Shown here: one piece after another, positions 1 to 15,199 of the stretch
Position numbering within the stretch: position 1 is the stretch's first letter
How the letters are laid out: every line of letters starts with the position of its first letter
NCBI RefSeq assembly: GCF_009914755.1
Contig: NC_060926.1
Direction: 5' to 3' (one strand)
Length of the DNA stretch: 64,000 nucleotides
Source: the human T2T-CHM13v2.0 reference genome, Homo sapiens
Program-made: the position numbers and the translations under genes
The notes under the pieces: model-generated
Databases searched by the model: none
What the model saw: only the letters and a program-made list of their open reading frames with translations
Told to the model about the DNA's origin: nothing

Positions 1-98
1 AGGTGGAGGTTGCAGTTGAGCCAAGCTCTTGCACTGTACTCCAGCCTGGGTGACAGAGCGAGACTCCATATCAAAAAAAAAAAAAAAAAAAAAAAAAG
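1..98 (+). mobile_element. Alu 3' end (truncated by window edge)
   Basis: gaggttgcagt..gagcc..actccagcctgggtgacagagcgagactcc followed by a poly(A) tail. Confidence 0.95.
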
Positions 99-109
99 AG
101 TAGGAATCT

Positions 110-421
110 GGCTGGGTACGGTGATTCACTCATGCCTGTAATCCCAGCACTTTGGGAGGCCCAGGTGGGCAGATCACTTGAGGTCAGACATTCGAGACCA
201 GCCTAGCCAACATGACAAAACCTCATCTCCACTAAAAATACAAAAATTATCCAGGGATGGTGGCGTGTGCCTGCAGTCCCAGCTACTCAGGAGGCTGAGA
301 CAGGAGAATTGCTTGAACCTAGGACTTGGAGGCTGCTGTGAGCCGAGATCAAGCCACCACACTCCAGCCTGGGAGACAGAGCGAGACTCTGTCTCAAAAA
401 ATAAATAAATAAATAAAAAAT
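110..421 (+). mobile_element. Full-length Alu (S-like)
   Basis: Dimeric Alu consensus with tactaaaaatacaaaa-type linker and (aaat)n tail. Confidence 0.95.
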
Positions 422-710
422 AAAGAAGAGAAATCCAAAGTACACAAAGATTATGTAACTTACCCATGCCTGTAAATATATGCAGCTTACCTTCTAGAGA
501 CAGTGCAGTATTGTTTGAAGGGCCCAAGTAGCAACAAAGAAACAGAGAAAATGATAGAGCAGAGAGAAAGACTGGCTGGGGAATCCAGGAAGAAAAGAAG
601 CTTCCAAGGGCTGAGACTCTAGGGTTCTTTATCCATGAGGTGATTGTCACCTTTGTAGGAGGATATTTATTCATATTATTTGCTCTCTGTGATCTTATTT
701 GAATTAACAT

Positions 711-1052
711 ATAATTACCCCTCAGTGTCAGTGGAGAATTTGTTTCAGGAGCCCCGCAGATACCAAAATCCATGATGCTCACGTCCTTTATATAAAATGG
801 GGTAGTATTTGCATATAAGCTATGCACATCTACCTATATATTTAAATAATCTCTAGATTATCTATAATACCTAGTTTAATGTAAACACTATGAAAGTAGT
901 TGCTATACTGTACTGTTAAGGAAATAATCAAAGAATAAAAGGCTATCCATGTTCACTACAAATGCAACCATGCATTTGCTTTTTCAACTACTTTTGATCT
1001 GAAATTTGTTGAACCCATGTATGAGGACCCCATGGATACAGAGAGACAACTA
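711..1052 (+). mobile_element. MER2 (Tigger-derived DNA transposon)
   Basis: gataccaaaatccatgatgctca..ccttatataaaatgg..gtagtatttgcata..tctctagatta matches the recalled MER2 consensus; ends gatacagagagacaacta. Confidence 0.8.
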
Positions 1053-2971
1053 TATTCAATCTAGTTAAAGTATTCACCCAAGTACTAATGGATGAGGTCT
1101 GGATCTTTGATCAGATCCATCTACAGTAGCCCATGGAAGGATAACTGCCCTCCAATGAGTTTGCCAAAAGTATAATTAGCAATTCCAACTACTCTCACTT
1201 AAACAAGAAGATTTATATTATTTTTAACTTAATTAACTAGTTTAAAGTGGAATACTATTACATCAGGAAAGATCAGCTTCCACCCTATGGTGTCCCTGGT
1301 TAAGCATCAGGGTCCCCAAACACTCATCTTGTTGTGGCATTTCTGCATTATCAATAATGATTTTGCATCTCTCTCTACCAGGATCAGGCTAAGATGGGAT
1401 GTCAGAGAGTGAGTGGATCCATGTATCCTGACTCTAGGAACTCCTGCCCATTTCTTTGTCTGCATGACTTTTGTAGTTTCTGCAGAGCTGAAAGGCTGTC
1501 ACTCCAACCGATCACTCTTTCAGTGGTCAGTCCAAGCTTGTGACACAATTGTTAGCATGTAAGAAGGGAGCAGTAACATTGCATTGGCTGGACTTCTGGC
1601 AGCAGGGACGGACTCTGGGTTTCTGCACTTGTGACATCAGTCAGCACCAGGAGCAGATATGTGAAGCAGGAATTAAGATCATAGAAAATAGAGAGCTTGG
1701 AGAACAATGCCTTCCTGTTTTAATCATGTGCTGCCACATGCCCCCATGGTCTCTTTAGTTTGAGAAACAAGGCCATTTCCCCATTTACAAATGCAGGGTG
1801 GATATGCCTCCATGGGTTGTTAGGGTGATGAATGCCATGTGGTGTGTGCGTGTGGATGCATTGGTGTTGTGTTTGAAGGAGACTGTGCAGATTTCTGTAA
1901 TTAAGAGATTCTTTAACTTGGTAACTGGGCTATTGTATTTATACGGACTCTCCCTTTTTAATATTAGAAATACTCCATCAAGCTTATTAGTTGTGAGTCT
2001 ATTTCCGATGCTATATTCCTTGTAAAAATTACAGAGCACAAATATCATATCTTCTTTAGTCCCTCAGCTTCCTCATCTGTGAAATAAATGGCTTGAGGTA
2101 AACTGTCTTCATGCTCTCTTATAGCTTTACAGTTCCAGAATTTGAGATGATCAAAAGTACTTGTTGCTATATTATAAATAGCTAGTGTTTGCAATACATT
2201 TGACATCTGGGGACTAATTTGCTTTGTAATAATACTCTGTGGGGGAGAAATACAAGGATGTATCACATTGCTTATTGCTTACTTCTCTGTTTATCTGGCT
2301 GCGATCTAACACCACATCAATTGGCAGTAAAGCTCGCTGGTCAAGCAGAAGGTATCAAGGTAACTCTTCTGCCAAAGGTGGAGCTAACGGCATGACACAG
2401 AGTCTCACATGCTTTCTCCAATCTGTAGCTGTTTGTTCACCTGGAATACCCCACATGTTTGTTGGAGACAGCACTGTTGGATCTCTTCCCAAGGCTTCTG
2501 GAGTGGGCTACTGTCCTCTGGGAATTCAATCCTTTCCTTTAGTTCTCCGATTAACTCGGATTCAAAGTTGACCCTCTGATCACTAGGGACCTTTAGAAAA
2601 ACCTAGAATGGTTTATAAAATAGTTCCATAATGTGCTAGCCTCTTTCTTGGTCATTGCGATGTGATTACTTTGTCTTGTTAGGGAAATATTTCTGATTCT
2701 CAGCGAGTCTGATTCCAGGGACAGAAACTAAGTGCAAAAGCATTTTTCTAGACCAGGAGCCACTGGCTTCATTAGTTTGGCTGCCCTCTCAGCTCCAGAC
2801 TTGTGCTTTATACACTTCTCACAGCTCTGACACCTCTGTTCAACATGTCTTGTCATTCTCAGCTAATAAAATTGGTCTTGCGCCAAGTCAACCATTCCCT
2901 CAAATCCTGGGTGTCCCATCTCATCATGTTTTCCTTTTATCACTGAATAAAGCACAGTACTGTTTGACTAA

Positions 2972-2973
<2 letters not shown>

Positions 2974-3014
<41 letters not shown>
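2974..3014. repeat. (TG)n microsatellite
   Basis: About 20 TG units seen directly. Confidence 0.98.
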
Positions 3015-3015
<1 letters not shown>

Positions 3016-3665
3016 GCCCTGTCCTAAAATTACAAACCTCTTCCAACATAAGACTGGGCCATTTTCTCAACTATGATTTTGTTTCTTTTTACTTTTCTAC
3101 AGCTAAGGTAGGGTCTAAGGATGTGATTTTTTGAGATGTGTGGCTCTTTGTTCTTTTTGAACATGTTCAATCATTAAGAGAATAATTCATATTCTCTATA
3201 AGCCCATCAATTTGCTTAAGAAACTCAGCTTCCACTGGGACATCCTGATTCACATTAGGAGTATTTCAGTCTGTTACAGATCAAGATGTTCAGTATCTCA
3301 CTCCACTTCCCCCACTACCCTGTGAGCCAGAAAATCTGTATTGTTTAGTGCCTTTATTCATATTGCCCATTGGATTTTTTAGATTAAATTTCCATTAGAT
3401 ATATGTATAAAATGTTAAATGTGATATCATGTTTTTTTGTTGTTGTTTTTGGTTAATTGTGTGCAGATTTCTTGTTCTTTTTCTGTTTTGCTCAGCTACC
3501 CTCTCCCTTGTTCTACATGCCATTGTTTCCACCACATTATTCCCCTTCACCCAGCTTCTGCATAGCTCTTTCAGCAACACAGTATCTATCCTTCTATATT
3601 TCCTCATGTTTATGTAATGGTATACAAACATGAATGCACATCTATAAATATACAGAAATAGAGGT

Positions 3666-4090
3666 TGTGTTAGCCAAGGTTTCAGCGGGAAACAGATGGC
3701 AAGTTCCAATGAAGATCATTTAAAGAGAACCTAATAATGGGATTGTTTATGAAAGTGCAGAGACGTTATTGAAAAGTGGAAGGAGTGTAGCTATACCCCA
3801 GTGCTTTAATATTTTTAAGGATAAAAGGAAAAGGGATCAGGGGAGTGGTTACCAGAACCTGAAGGAAAGTCATATAGAAAGGGCTATCTAGAGGGAAATG
3901 ATAATGTTCAGAGACTCAACCAACCATGACCTCATTTTCCAGCCTCTCTCCAATCATCTGCCAGGGCTCTGATTGATTGGCTAAAGCTGATGAGAAGTCA
4001 GAGACTTAAGAGTGTCCCATCCAGGTCAGTATCCCAGGGCACAGAGCAGAGTGGAGAGGGTGAAAAGTGGATCTCCAGGGGAGAAATAAA
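3666..4090. mobile_element. Ancient LTR-like fragment, flanked by degraded L1M-like sequence
   Basis: Starts tgtgttagccaaggtttcag..aaacagatggc, typical of an old LTR end; family not resolved. Confidence 0.4.
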
Positions 4091-5159
4091 GACATAGGCT
4101 ATGAATATTTTTGTTGTTACTTATTTTCTAAAAATGAGATTATATTATTCAGCTTTGCTACATCTGCTTTTTCTTTAATTCTTGGTGGCTATCCTTACAA
4201 AGTAACTGGCATAGCTCTTATTTATTCTTTTTAATGGCAGCATAAAAATTCATGGTGTGGGAAGTTCCAAAATTTATTCACTTTTTTGCTGTTGAACAAT
4301 GTTGGAATGTACGTGCATGTCTATGTATGCTTGTATGTATATATGTGTGTGTATGTATATGTGTATACTGGTACTTTTAAGTATATACTTTTTATTCTAA
4401 TAGGTTTTGCCAAATTGTTTTCCATAAGACTCTAACTTTTCACATTGACAAAGTATAGGAGTATCCTTTTTCCCTCTTTTACTTCATAAATATTTACTAT
4501 AGACTTTTAAATTCTTTCTAGTTTGAAGGTAAAGTGATGCCTCATTGTTACTCCAACTTGTATATTCCTAATCGTTACTGAACTTGAATGTATTTTCCTA
4601 TATTTGTTGGCTATCTGGGGAGTTATCTGGGTTTTCTAACCCACTGGCCAATGGCTGCTTGCTGGGAGCCTTTTTGGATTATGATTCTCTTTTTCATATT
4701 TTTGATTCTCTTTCTGATATCTCCAGCTGATCATGGCTGTCTACACTTCTCTTTATGCCTACAGTGGACATACTTTCCAAGGGGTAATATTCTTATTTGT
4801 CTATGCATTTGCACTTTCTGCCTATCACTGTGGGCCTTTTCTCTGGTGCCCATGAGCAAAGCTGAGGATTTTATCCTCTTTGGCATGAGGACTAGCTGTA
4901 TGGCTGGAGCCCATCCTAAAACTATTTCTCCTTCTGATCTCAGCATCATTATGGATGTTCCCAAAAGCAGCAGCTGTAAGACATTATTTACTTACAGCCA
5001 TGTCTCTTACTAGTGTCCTAAAGGCTGTGATATGACTTTAATGGCACATAAGGTATCGGTCATTTGACATGTATCATAAAGAAGAAAACTAATGTTATAC
5101 GCTCACTGCTGTGCCTCTGTCATCTCTCTTACCTAAAACCTTGAGAGAGATCAAGGTGT

Positions 5160-5310
5160 AACAAATGCTCCTGTGCATAAGAATCAGCTGAGGAGCTAGT
5201 TAAAATGCAGATTCCAATTCAGTAGGCCAGAGTGTGGGCCTGAGATTCGGCATTTCTAATAAGCTCCTGGGGTGCAGATGGTGCTGATCCAGTAATCCCC
5301 ACGTAAAGTG
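5160..5310. mobile_element. MER5A-like hAT-Charlie element
   Basis: agaatcagctgaggagctagttaaaatgcagattcc..ttcagtagg..gggcctgaga..gcatttctaataagctcc. Confidence 0.75.
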
Positions 5311-6019
5311 GAGAAAAGGTAGATAATAGAGGTGTTAGGAGATTAGGCAGCACATATACAGATTAAGGTGCCATATAGCTAGTCAGTAGAAAGTAACTGT
5401 TCATCACAGTCTACCTGAATCCAAAGTTCCTAGAATCAAGCTGTTCTGTGTGCTTATTTTCTTTCCTCAGAATTGGAAACCTTTCATTGATGGCATCACA
5501 GTCTTTCTGCTAAACAAATCCTAAGATTCTCTAGGACTCAGACTGTGTTATGCATATCTCTATGCCCTAGCCTTGCACGGTGCCTGGCACACAAATGTTT
5601 GCCAAATGGCAAGTGGCATAGTTGCATGGTTAAGCGAAAATATGTGGAACCTGGGAAAGATCTGCAATCTTCACTCTTAACTGTGCATAGCAGAGGCAGC
5701 AAGAAAGAAGATTCTAGCACCTGAGCTCGGAGTCCAGAATCTCTAAGCTGTAGCTCTTCTAATGTAGAGTACCATTTTGCTATGGGTATATCTCTTAAGT
5801 ACCAGCCAGCTCAATAAACCACTGAGGATCTAAGCCCATGAGATAATTTATGGCAATCAGCCTGAATCAGAGTCCTTGGGAGAAGGAAAGGCAAGACAGT
5901 TGGTAAGTGTTGCCTGGAAAAGCATAGACTGGGCACCTATCTGTGCCTCTGAGCTCCTCTGAGTACACAGATAAATAGATGGGGCCTTGGCCTCATGCAG
6001 CTAACAGAGAAGACTCTAA

Positions 6020-6928
6020 CACAAAGGCCAACAGGTATATGAAAAAGATGCTCAACGTTACTAACCATCAGGGAAATGCAAATCAAAACTCAATGAGATA
6101 TCATCTCACCCCAGTTAGAATGGCTAAGACAGAAATTAACAAATGCTGGCCGGGATGTGAAGAAAAGGAAACTTTTATATGCTGTTGGTGGGAATGTAAA
6201 TTAGTTCAGTCATTATGAAAAATTGCATAGAGGTTTCTCAAATAACTCAAAACACACCCACCATGCAATCCAGAAATCCCACTACTGGGTATTGGTCAAA
6301 AGGAAAAGAAATCAGTGTATCAAAGGGGTACCTGCACCCCCATGTTTATTGCAGCACTATTCACAATAACCATGATACGGAACTAACTTATGTGTCCATC
6401 AACAGATGCATGGATAAAGGAAATAAGATATATATACTTAATGAAATACTATTCAGCCATAAAAAAGAATGAAAATCTGTAATTTGCTGCAACATGGATG
6501 GAACTAGAGGTCATTATGTTAAGTGAAATAAGCCAGGCACAGAAAGACAAATATGATCTGTTCTCATGCCTAGGTAGGAGCTAAAAAGGTGGAAGTCATG
6601 GAGGTAGAGAGTAGGATGATGATTACCAAAGGCTGAGAAACGTGCGGGGTGGTAAAGAGAAGTTGATTAATGAGAATGAGTACAAACATAAAGTTAGAGA
6701 GAAGGAATAAGTTCTAATGTTCAATAGCAAAGTAGGGGTGACTATAGTTAATAATAATTTATCATATATGTCAAAATAGCTAGAAGAGAAGATTCCTAAT
6801 ACAAAGAAATGTTTGAAATGATGGATATCCTAAACACTGGATTTGATCATTCCACATGGTGTGCATGAATCAAAATATCACATGTACCCCAAAAATATGT
6901 CCAAGTATGTATCAATTTTAAAAAAGGA
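6020..6928 (+). mobile_element. L1 3' end (L1MA-like): ORF2 C-terminus plus 3'UTR, 5'-truncated
   Basis: Translates to MRYHLTPVRMA..C..WWECKLVQ (ORF2 Cys-rich tail); 3'UTR acatggatggaactagaggtcattatgttaagtgaaataagccaggcacagaaagac. Confidence 0.92.
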
Positions 6929-6934
6929 TAACAA

Positions 6935-7135
6935 AATAATAGCAACCATGTATTGAGTGAGCTTAGTCCTACAAAAGAACCTGACATGTTACATACATTA
7001 TCTCACTGTATTTAATCTTCATCGCAGTTCTATTATAGTAGATGTCATCCTCACATGAAGATGAGAAAGTGAGGCTCAGGGATGCTAAGAAACTCACACA
7101 GGCCACAAAGAAAACAAAGGTCTGAATCAGGATAT
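6935..7135 (-). mobile_element. MIR
   Basis: gatgagaaagtgaggctcagggatgctaag..cacacaggccaca MIR core. Confidence 0.7.
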
Positions 7136-7258
7136 GCAACAAGGTCCATATGACATATGACTCATTTTTGTTTTCATTCAACAAGAATTAATTCAGTGCC
7201 TACTCTAGGCTAGTTTTTGTGCCATGTGTTCAATGCGTGTTTCTTCTACAATACTTGG

Positions 7259-7624
7259 TGATATGTTTTGGCTCTTTGTCTGCACCCATCATGTTGAATT
7301 GTAGTCCCCAGTGTTGTGGGGGGTACCTGATGGGAGGTGATTTTTGCTTTTCTAGTGATAGTGAGTGAGTTATCACAAGATCTAGTGGTTTGAAAGTGTG
7401 TGGCACTACCCCCTTCACTCTCTCTCTCTCCTGCTTTGCCATTGTGAAGATGTCTTCCCCTTCCTCTTCCCTTTTGCCTTCCGCCATGATTGTAAGTTTC
7501 CTGAGGCTCCCCAGTTATGCTTCCTTTTAAGCTTATGGAACTGGGAGTCAATTAAACCTCTTTTCTTTATAAATTACCCAGTCTCAGGTAGTTCTTTATA
7601 GCCATGTGAGAATGGACTAATACA
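7259..7624 (+). mobile_element. MaLR solo LTR (MSTA/THE1-like)
   Basis: tgatatg...gactaataca termini; ccatgattgtaagtttcctgaggc; near-TSD cttgg/cctgg. Confidence 0.9.
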
Positions 7625-7754
7625 CCTGGCCACCTCTTTGCTTTTCTCCCTTTTGAATAAAATTAAATGTCTTATAGTGGTTCCATCTACATATTCAAAT
7701 GGGGAACAGGGAAAGTACTAACTGGATATCTCATATCCCCAGCCAGTTTCTTTT

Positions 7755-7760
<6 letters not shown>

Positions 7761-7808
<48 letters not shown>
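7761..7808. repeat. (AC)n microsatellite
   Basis: About 24 AC units. Confidence 0.98.
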
Positions 7809-7810
<2 letters not shown>

Positions 7811-9499
7811 TAATATGGGTTTCTACACATAGTGGCCTCATTGGAAACTATTTATGTGGATAAAATGAGATTTACCAGCTCCTTCACAAAGGGGTAGATG
7901 TTGTACTTGCCAAGTGTGTTTGAAAACTTTTCAGGCACTTTGTAGAAACAGTTTTTGGTGGAAATATAACACTTACTGAATAAGTGAAGGAGTTTTTTGG
8001 TTTTTGACATTATTAAAAAAGCGGCAAGTCTGAATCCTCTCAGTGCTCTGTGGAAGCGCACGCTCATGCTCCCCTTGGGTGGTGCCACATTATTCATTAG
8101 ACACCTTCTCCGGGCTCTCCGTCAGTGTAGGCTGCAGGGAATGGTAAGCTATTAACTTCCAGTGACAAGAAGCTTAAATTACAATGCAAACTCTGCAAGG
8201 CGCAAAATTTGCAAGTTGAATTCCTTGAGAGGAACCCCTTTGTCTGGCTGAATGCTGCTGGAGGGATTGGTGGGGAATGGAGCCTGAAGTCTCATACAGC
8301 CTTTTGGAATCTTTATAACCTTCTTCTGCTTTGTGAACCTCAGGACCAGCCACTGAAGGAGGGGCTCTCCTTCCTGGAGTTCTTCCCTTATCTTTCCCCA
8401 ACATGGCTGGGTAGCCATGACGACGGGGAGGACCTGTGGGAAGAACAAAGCCAGCCGGGTGTTTTATTCTGTCACTACCTTCCACTCAGTGGCCAAAAGC
8501 TTTAAAATCAAACACTATAGTTGGAGACATCAAGTCAATACTGGCTGCACCGACTGTCTCTGGCTGAAGGCAGCTTAAGGGGAGTGAAGGTAATGCTTGT
8601 TGACTCAAGAAGAGGCTGAAAATCTGCCCAGGAATCACCCAGTGGAGAAAACGATCTGATTTTAAAGTCACTGATAAATTCTTTCCACTTAATCTTTATT
8701 TAAGGAAACAGTGTTAATTAGCTGTGACTATTTCATGTAATTATCTTAAAACAGGATGAGTATTAAATGCTGATAAAAGCAATCTCAAAAGGCAATCGTG
8801 GGTTTTGTTAGTTTCAAGTATATTATTTAAACTAAACATAGTTGAATATGGTGAAATCAGAAATATTTTTAACCAATGATATAATTGTCCATGTTACATA
8901 CACATTAAAATTGGGAATTAAAATCCATCTTTACAGGAACTTTCTATGCATTCTGCATGCCTGAAAGTTGTTTCTTCTGTTTCCACATTCATATTTTAAA
9001 ATGTGGAGCATATTTTGTTAATTCTATTCTCCAAGCAATTAATTAGTGAAATATTTTTTGAGCATCTTTAGTGCTCAAGTTGTGGACAATACACAAAAAA
9101 TATAAAATCTGATCATGTATCTCCTTAGGAAGATTATAATCTACTTGGGATGATGGAGGGGAATATGCAAATTTTAATCAGAGGTACTTAGGAAACTATG
9201 GAATTTAACTCTGGCTTTATCCAGAGAATAATTTTTACCTTTGACTCCCACCATGACTTGAACACATGCTCATCATTTGCAAATAACTATAGAGACTAAA
9301 ACTACCCATATTTGGGAAGGTTTAGTTCTAAATATGACTTGACTTTTCATTTGGAAATGATGGTAGAATTAAGTTGCAGAAAGATACCACAGGTTGTAGT
9401 AATGAGCCAAACCTAACAAGGTTAACTTTAACCAGATTAAACAGGAAGGTCTACATTCCAGAGTACTGATAAGATTCCAAGCTGTGTGAGACCAGAGAT

Positions 9500-9600
9500 G
9501 GAATGTGTCTAGCTACTCCATCTAGGTTCAGTATCTCCAGTGCTCAGCACAGTGTTTTTTCCATAGTTGACATTAATAAATATTTGTTGCGTGAGTGAAC
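9500..9600 (+). mobile_element. L2 3' end fragment
   Basis: gtatctccagtgctcagcacagtg..aataaatatttgttg..gagtgaa. Confidence 0.6.
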
Positions 9601-9748
9601 CTGCCCAAGCTACAAACCTATGAGTGAGAAGTGTGCTCAGAATATTTCACTGTGTTTAATCCTGGGAGACATAGCAAAGAAGCATGTAACATCACCAGAA
9701 ATGCCCTGGAGAAGACACACAAAGGAGGGAGACTTGGTTAAAGAAGGG

Positions 9749-10169
<421 letters not shown>

Positions 10170-10527
10170 TTAGTTCACTCCAAGGTGTTTTCCCATGAAA
10201 GGGTTATAACCTATTTTGGATTGAAACCTATTACTAATTAGTAAAATTAATTTATTAGTTCAGAATCTGCATTATTGGTTCAGAATCTGCATTTTTTAAA
10301 ATGTAAAGGGAGAGAAATGTGAATGCATCCTAGGTAGAAAGGTAAGTCTTTCTTCTCTAAACATCTATATCTGATTATATAAGTATATGTTATATTAAGT
10401 ATAGACATTATGTATATGTATATGGATACATATACATGCATTAAATACATGTAATGAGTTGCAATGTTAGTGATAACCAAAATATTTTAAACAGTATTTC
10501 TCTAGAAGGAAACTTGATGATTGGTCA

Positions 10528-10961
10528 TGAGAAAGAATAAAAGCCTTTTATCTGAAGAATGCAAGCTCCTTTAAATTATCAGTCCCAGAAAGGAATTTAA
10601 AATGTAACAATAATCAGATCTCACTCTTCCTTGAGCTAAATAATTATTTCTTGAAGCCACTTGCTACGCAGGCTCTAGACTGACGACACTGGCCATAAAA
10701 TGCCATGCGCTCTATAGTTTAACAATGTACAGCCAATCACTAAACGATGTTATTTCTGTAAACCAAAGAGAATGTTCAACAAAAACTTTTGTAATCACCC
10801 CCTCTTCTGATTTGTCCTCTTTTTATTTAAAAACTTTTGTTCTTTGGAGCACTCCCCAGGACAACTTGGAAGTGTGTCTCGGGCTAGAGTCCTCAGCCTT
10901 TGCACTTGAATAAGCTGTCTTTAAACTGGATTCTAACCCGTTTGATTATGTTAGGTTGGCA
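10528..10961 (+). mobile_element. ERV1-class solo LTR
   Basis: TG...CA termini with an exact 4-bp TSD gtca (10524-10527 / 10962-10965); internal agccaatca CCAAT-like motif and aataa signal. Confidence 0.8.
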
Positions 10962-11374
10962 GTCAGAAAAGAAGGAGCAGTTTAAACATAGGCAGGAAAG
11001 ATGGAATGGCCCAACCAGGTGATCTGCAAGGAATATGGTGTGGCTACAGGATTGGATGTCTGAGAGAAAGAGATGGGAGATGAGGCACCAGGAGCCATTA
11101 GGGGAGCCACAAAGGGTATTCTACTCTGTTATGACACATGTCCTTTATGCTGGAGGAGTTGTAAACAGGATGGATAAGAGATAATAAAGAGTGACCAGGA
11201 GAGTCAGAAAATAGGAAGGAAACAATGCAGAAGTCAAAGAAGGGTTGACTTTCAACACAGAGCTGAAGTTGTAATCAACAGTGTCAGTTACCCCACTTTG
11301 GTCAAATATAACAGTAATCAATGTAAAGGTCATATCTGGCAGTGAAGAAGTCTGTGATCTTGGTTCCTTGGGGG

Positions 11375-11626
11375 CTTTTTGCAGCCTTTTGGGCATCAAG
11401 ATCCTACAATAAGAAATACATTACACATGGCAACCCAGCACACATATAACATACAAATCAAACAAAATGTTCACAAAATTATATATATAGTTATCATGTA
11501 CGATACACTCTGTCATTTTTTCTTCTCTATTCTATTCTGTTTGCTTATTTTTTAAATTTGTGAGATCTACTAAATTGATTTCACACCCAGCCACTGGCTG
11601 GTGACCAACAATTTGAAAATTATTGC
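11375..11626. mobile_element. Old hAT-Charlie-like MITE
   Basis: gatctactaaattgatttcac..ccaacaatttgaaaattattg resembles a Charlie-type end. Confidence 0.45.
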
Positions 11627-11869
11627 ATGAGATTACCACGCAACTATATTAGGATAAATAATATGGCAACCAGTACAGGTTCTCCCATGACTAAGGATAG
11701 CATTTTTTTCTCTGTTGTGTGTGTCTATTTTTATAAATTTCATGTGCTTTGCAAAGCCAAAACTGTAACCTTTGTATGTGTATTTAAACATGTTAAAGTA
11801 AGAATTCAATTCATTTTAGTCTCCAGGCTCTCAGACGTTTTCTAGAAATGCGTTTTAAAAACCATTCAT

Positions 11870-12196
<327 letters not shown>

Positions 12197-14371
12197 TTAT
12201 GAAACTATCTGTCTTTAAAAGCAAAAAAGCACTATCCAGTCACAAATATTTCGTGGGATTGTGGAGGTGGAGGGAGGAGTGGGTCTAAATTGAAAGACTT
12301 CATTTTAAATCATGAAAAACAAGAACAAAAACAATCCTTACTTTTCAAAGAAGGTCATGAGAAATTTTCCTTCTTTTTAGAAAGGAATAGAGTTCAGATA
12401 ACTTTTCAAAATTGGCTCACCTAGGATAAGAATCAGAACATGTTTAATACATTTTTGTCATGCATATGCATGTTTTCTATCTTAAGGGTTGAAATATTTA
12501 AACTAAAAACTACATTTTAAAATAATTACTTTGCTCCCTAATAAGAACTCTGCAAACATAGACAATTAGAGCTTTTTTTAAGCTGTTGCACACCTAGGTC
12601 ACATGAAAAGCCTTCCAAATGCTCCCTGTGGAGAAAAATATTCTAAGCAAATATCTATGCTTTATTAAGTTTACTTAAGATAAAATTTTGGCAAAGATTG
12701 TGTTTAGGGTCAACGTATTCTAGTTTTTAATCCTTGCAAGTGATATTTGTCATTATCTGACCATAGAGTTTGATGGGTACAAACTTTGTGCTAATAGCGT
12801 TGTACTCCTTTCATTAACACTTTATTAATTACAAAATATTTGCTTTGTTATAAGGCATCTTGAAAATTCTAAAGTTTTTAGGAAAGTAAGAAGTTTTCAG
12901 TTTTGCCTTCGGGAAAGTTGTTTTCCTGATGTTTCTTAGAATTGAGTAACATCCTAAAATCATATCTTGAAACAAATAAGATGAAATGTAAAAAATTACA
13001 CATTTAATTCCCCTATAAACTTATGGACAGGATGGAGTAGGCCTGGGCTCAGTAGATAATTGAATTCTCTTCACTGATGTCTATCAAACAGAAGGATTAA
13101 CTGACACTTGCCATTGCTTCTGAAAAGCATGCTGACTGAACACATCCAGCTAGCAGGCTATTCTCCAGCAGAGCCATGCACTGCTATTGCCATGTGTGAG
13201 TTGTGTGCTTACCCAGTGCCAGACAGGTGTGCTCCTGAACCTATTAAAGCAAATTTCACTTGGTATTACTGTGAGAGGAAAAGTCCTTTTCCCCACTCCT
13301 CGATTCCGTAATGAGGGATTTTCCCCAAGCACCTTCCAAACCTCTTTCTCTCCTTCATTCTTTCTGCCCCTGGGAAGACAGAGTAATTTACCAATGGTAA
13401 AGTTGAGACAAATGATGTGGCCGGCTAAGCGTTGCTTTTCTCTCTCAGATAAACATGCCACATTCTGCTCCCAAGGAACTTTGCCCCTGTAGGGGAAGGC
13501 CAGCCCAAACCCATTGCTTCTTTAGACTGGGTGATTAAGTCTTGGCCTAATTCCTACTTGCACTATCATCTTGAATAAAAACTAAAGTCAAGTCCTTCAG
13601 TTTGGGCTCTGTAATTACAGAAGTGATATTCTGACCTCAATATTTGCTCTGTGTTTTATTTTCAACTTGTTCAGAACCTGGATAGGAAAGAGAATCCTAT
13701 TTCTCGAGTTCACTTTTGTAGACCCTAACAATATTAATTGCATTATTTAATTCAACATTACTTAAATTGATAACATATAATTAGAGTTGTTGATTCAACT
13801 AAGTTGAATATTTTTAAAAAGAGTTGACCAGGCAAATCATTTAATAAATGCAATTAAATTTGAGCATGGAAACTGTAAACATTCATCAAAAAATTATAAA
13901 AATCTAGAATTCTGCATTCATGTTACTTCTCCCATGTCCTAAAATTCTCCCTTCATTTGAAACGTACTCCAAATGGAACTCTTCTATGATGCTTTTAATA
14001 GTATGCTTTTTTATAAAGCAAACACAAAATTCTAATTAGCTTACCCAAACAGAAAAAAAGGTTTTACTCCTTCAAAAAATGGCAAAATTTGCATATGTAT
14101 ATGTTTTAAGTCAAACAAAATGTTTAAAGCCTTTATGTGTCATTTTAAAATAATTTCCTTCTTTAATTTACCTTTTTAAAAATATTCTTCTGTACTAGAT
14201 AACTTCTACTGCAGTTCTTATTTAAAAGCTCTTTGGATTTGTTGGGTTTGGAAACCTTTGAGAATCCAGTGAAAGCTGTGGATGCCCTCCTCCCTGAAAG
14301 TGTACATACACATGACTCAAACCTCCCAGAAGCCAAGAAGTCCATCTTTGATTCAGTTCATGGAAACCTCC

Positions 14372-15067
<696 letters not shown>

Positions 15068-15199
15068 CCGCCTATCTCTAGGTGTTACTTAATGGATAGA
15101 CTAATATATGCTAGAATTTCAGGTTAGCCATCAGATAAAATAAATGTGATTCAAGGCCATAGAAGTAGAAATGAGTCATCCACTTTATTCTAACCTCAT

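Noticed and set aside
174-827. 217-aa minus-strand ORF
   Set aside because: Composite of MER2, unique filler and antisense Alu translation; not a gene
10259-10293. ttcagaatctgcatt direct repeat with 20-nt period
   Set aside because: Ordinary small local tandem duplication with no sign of function
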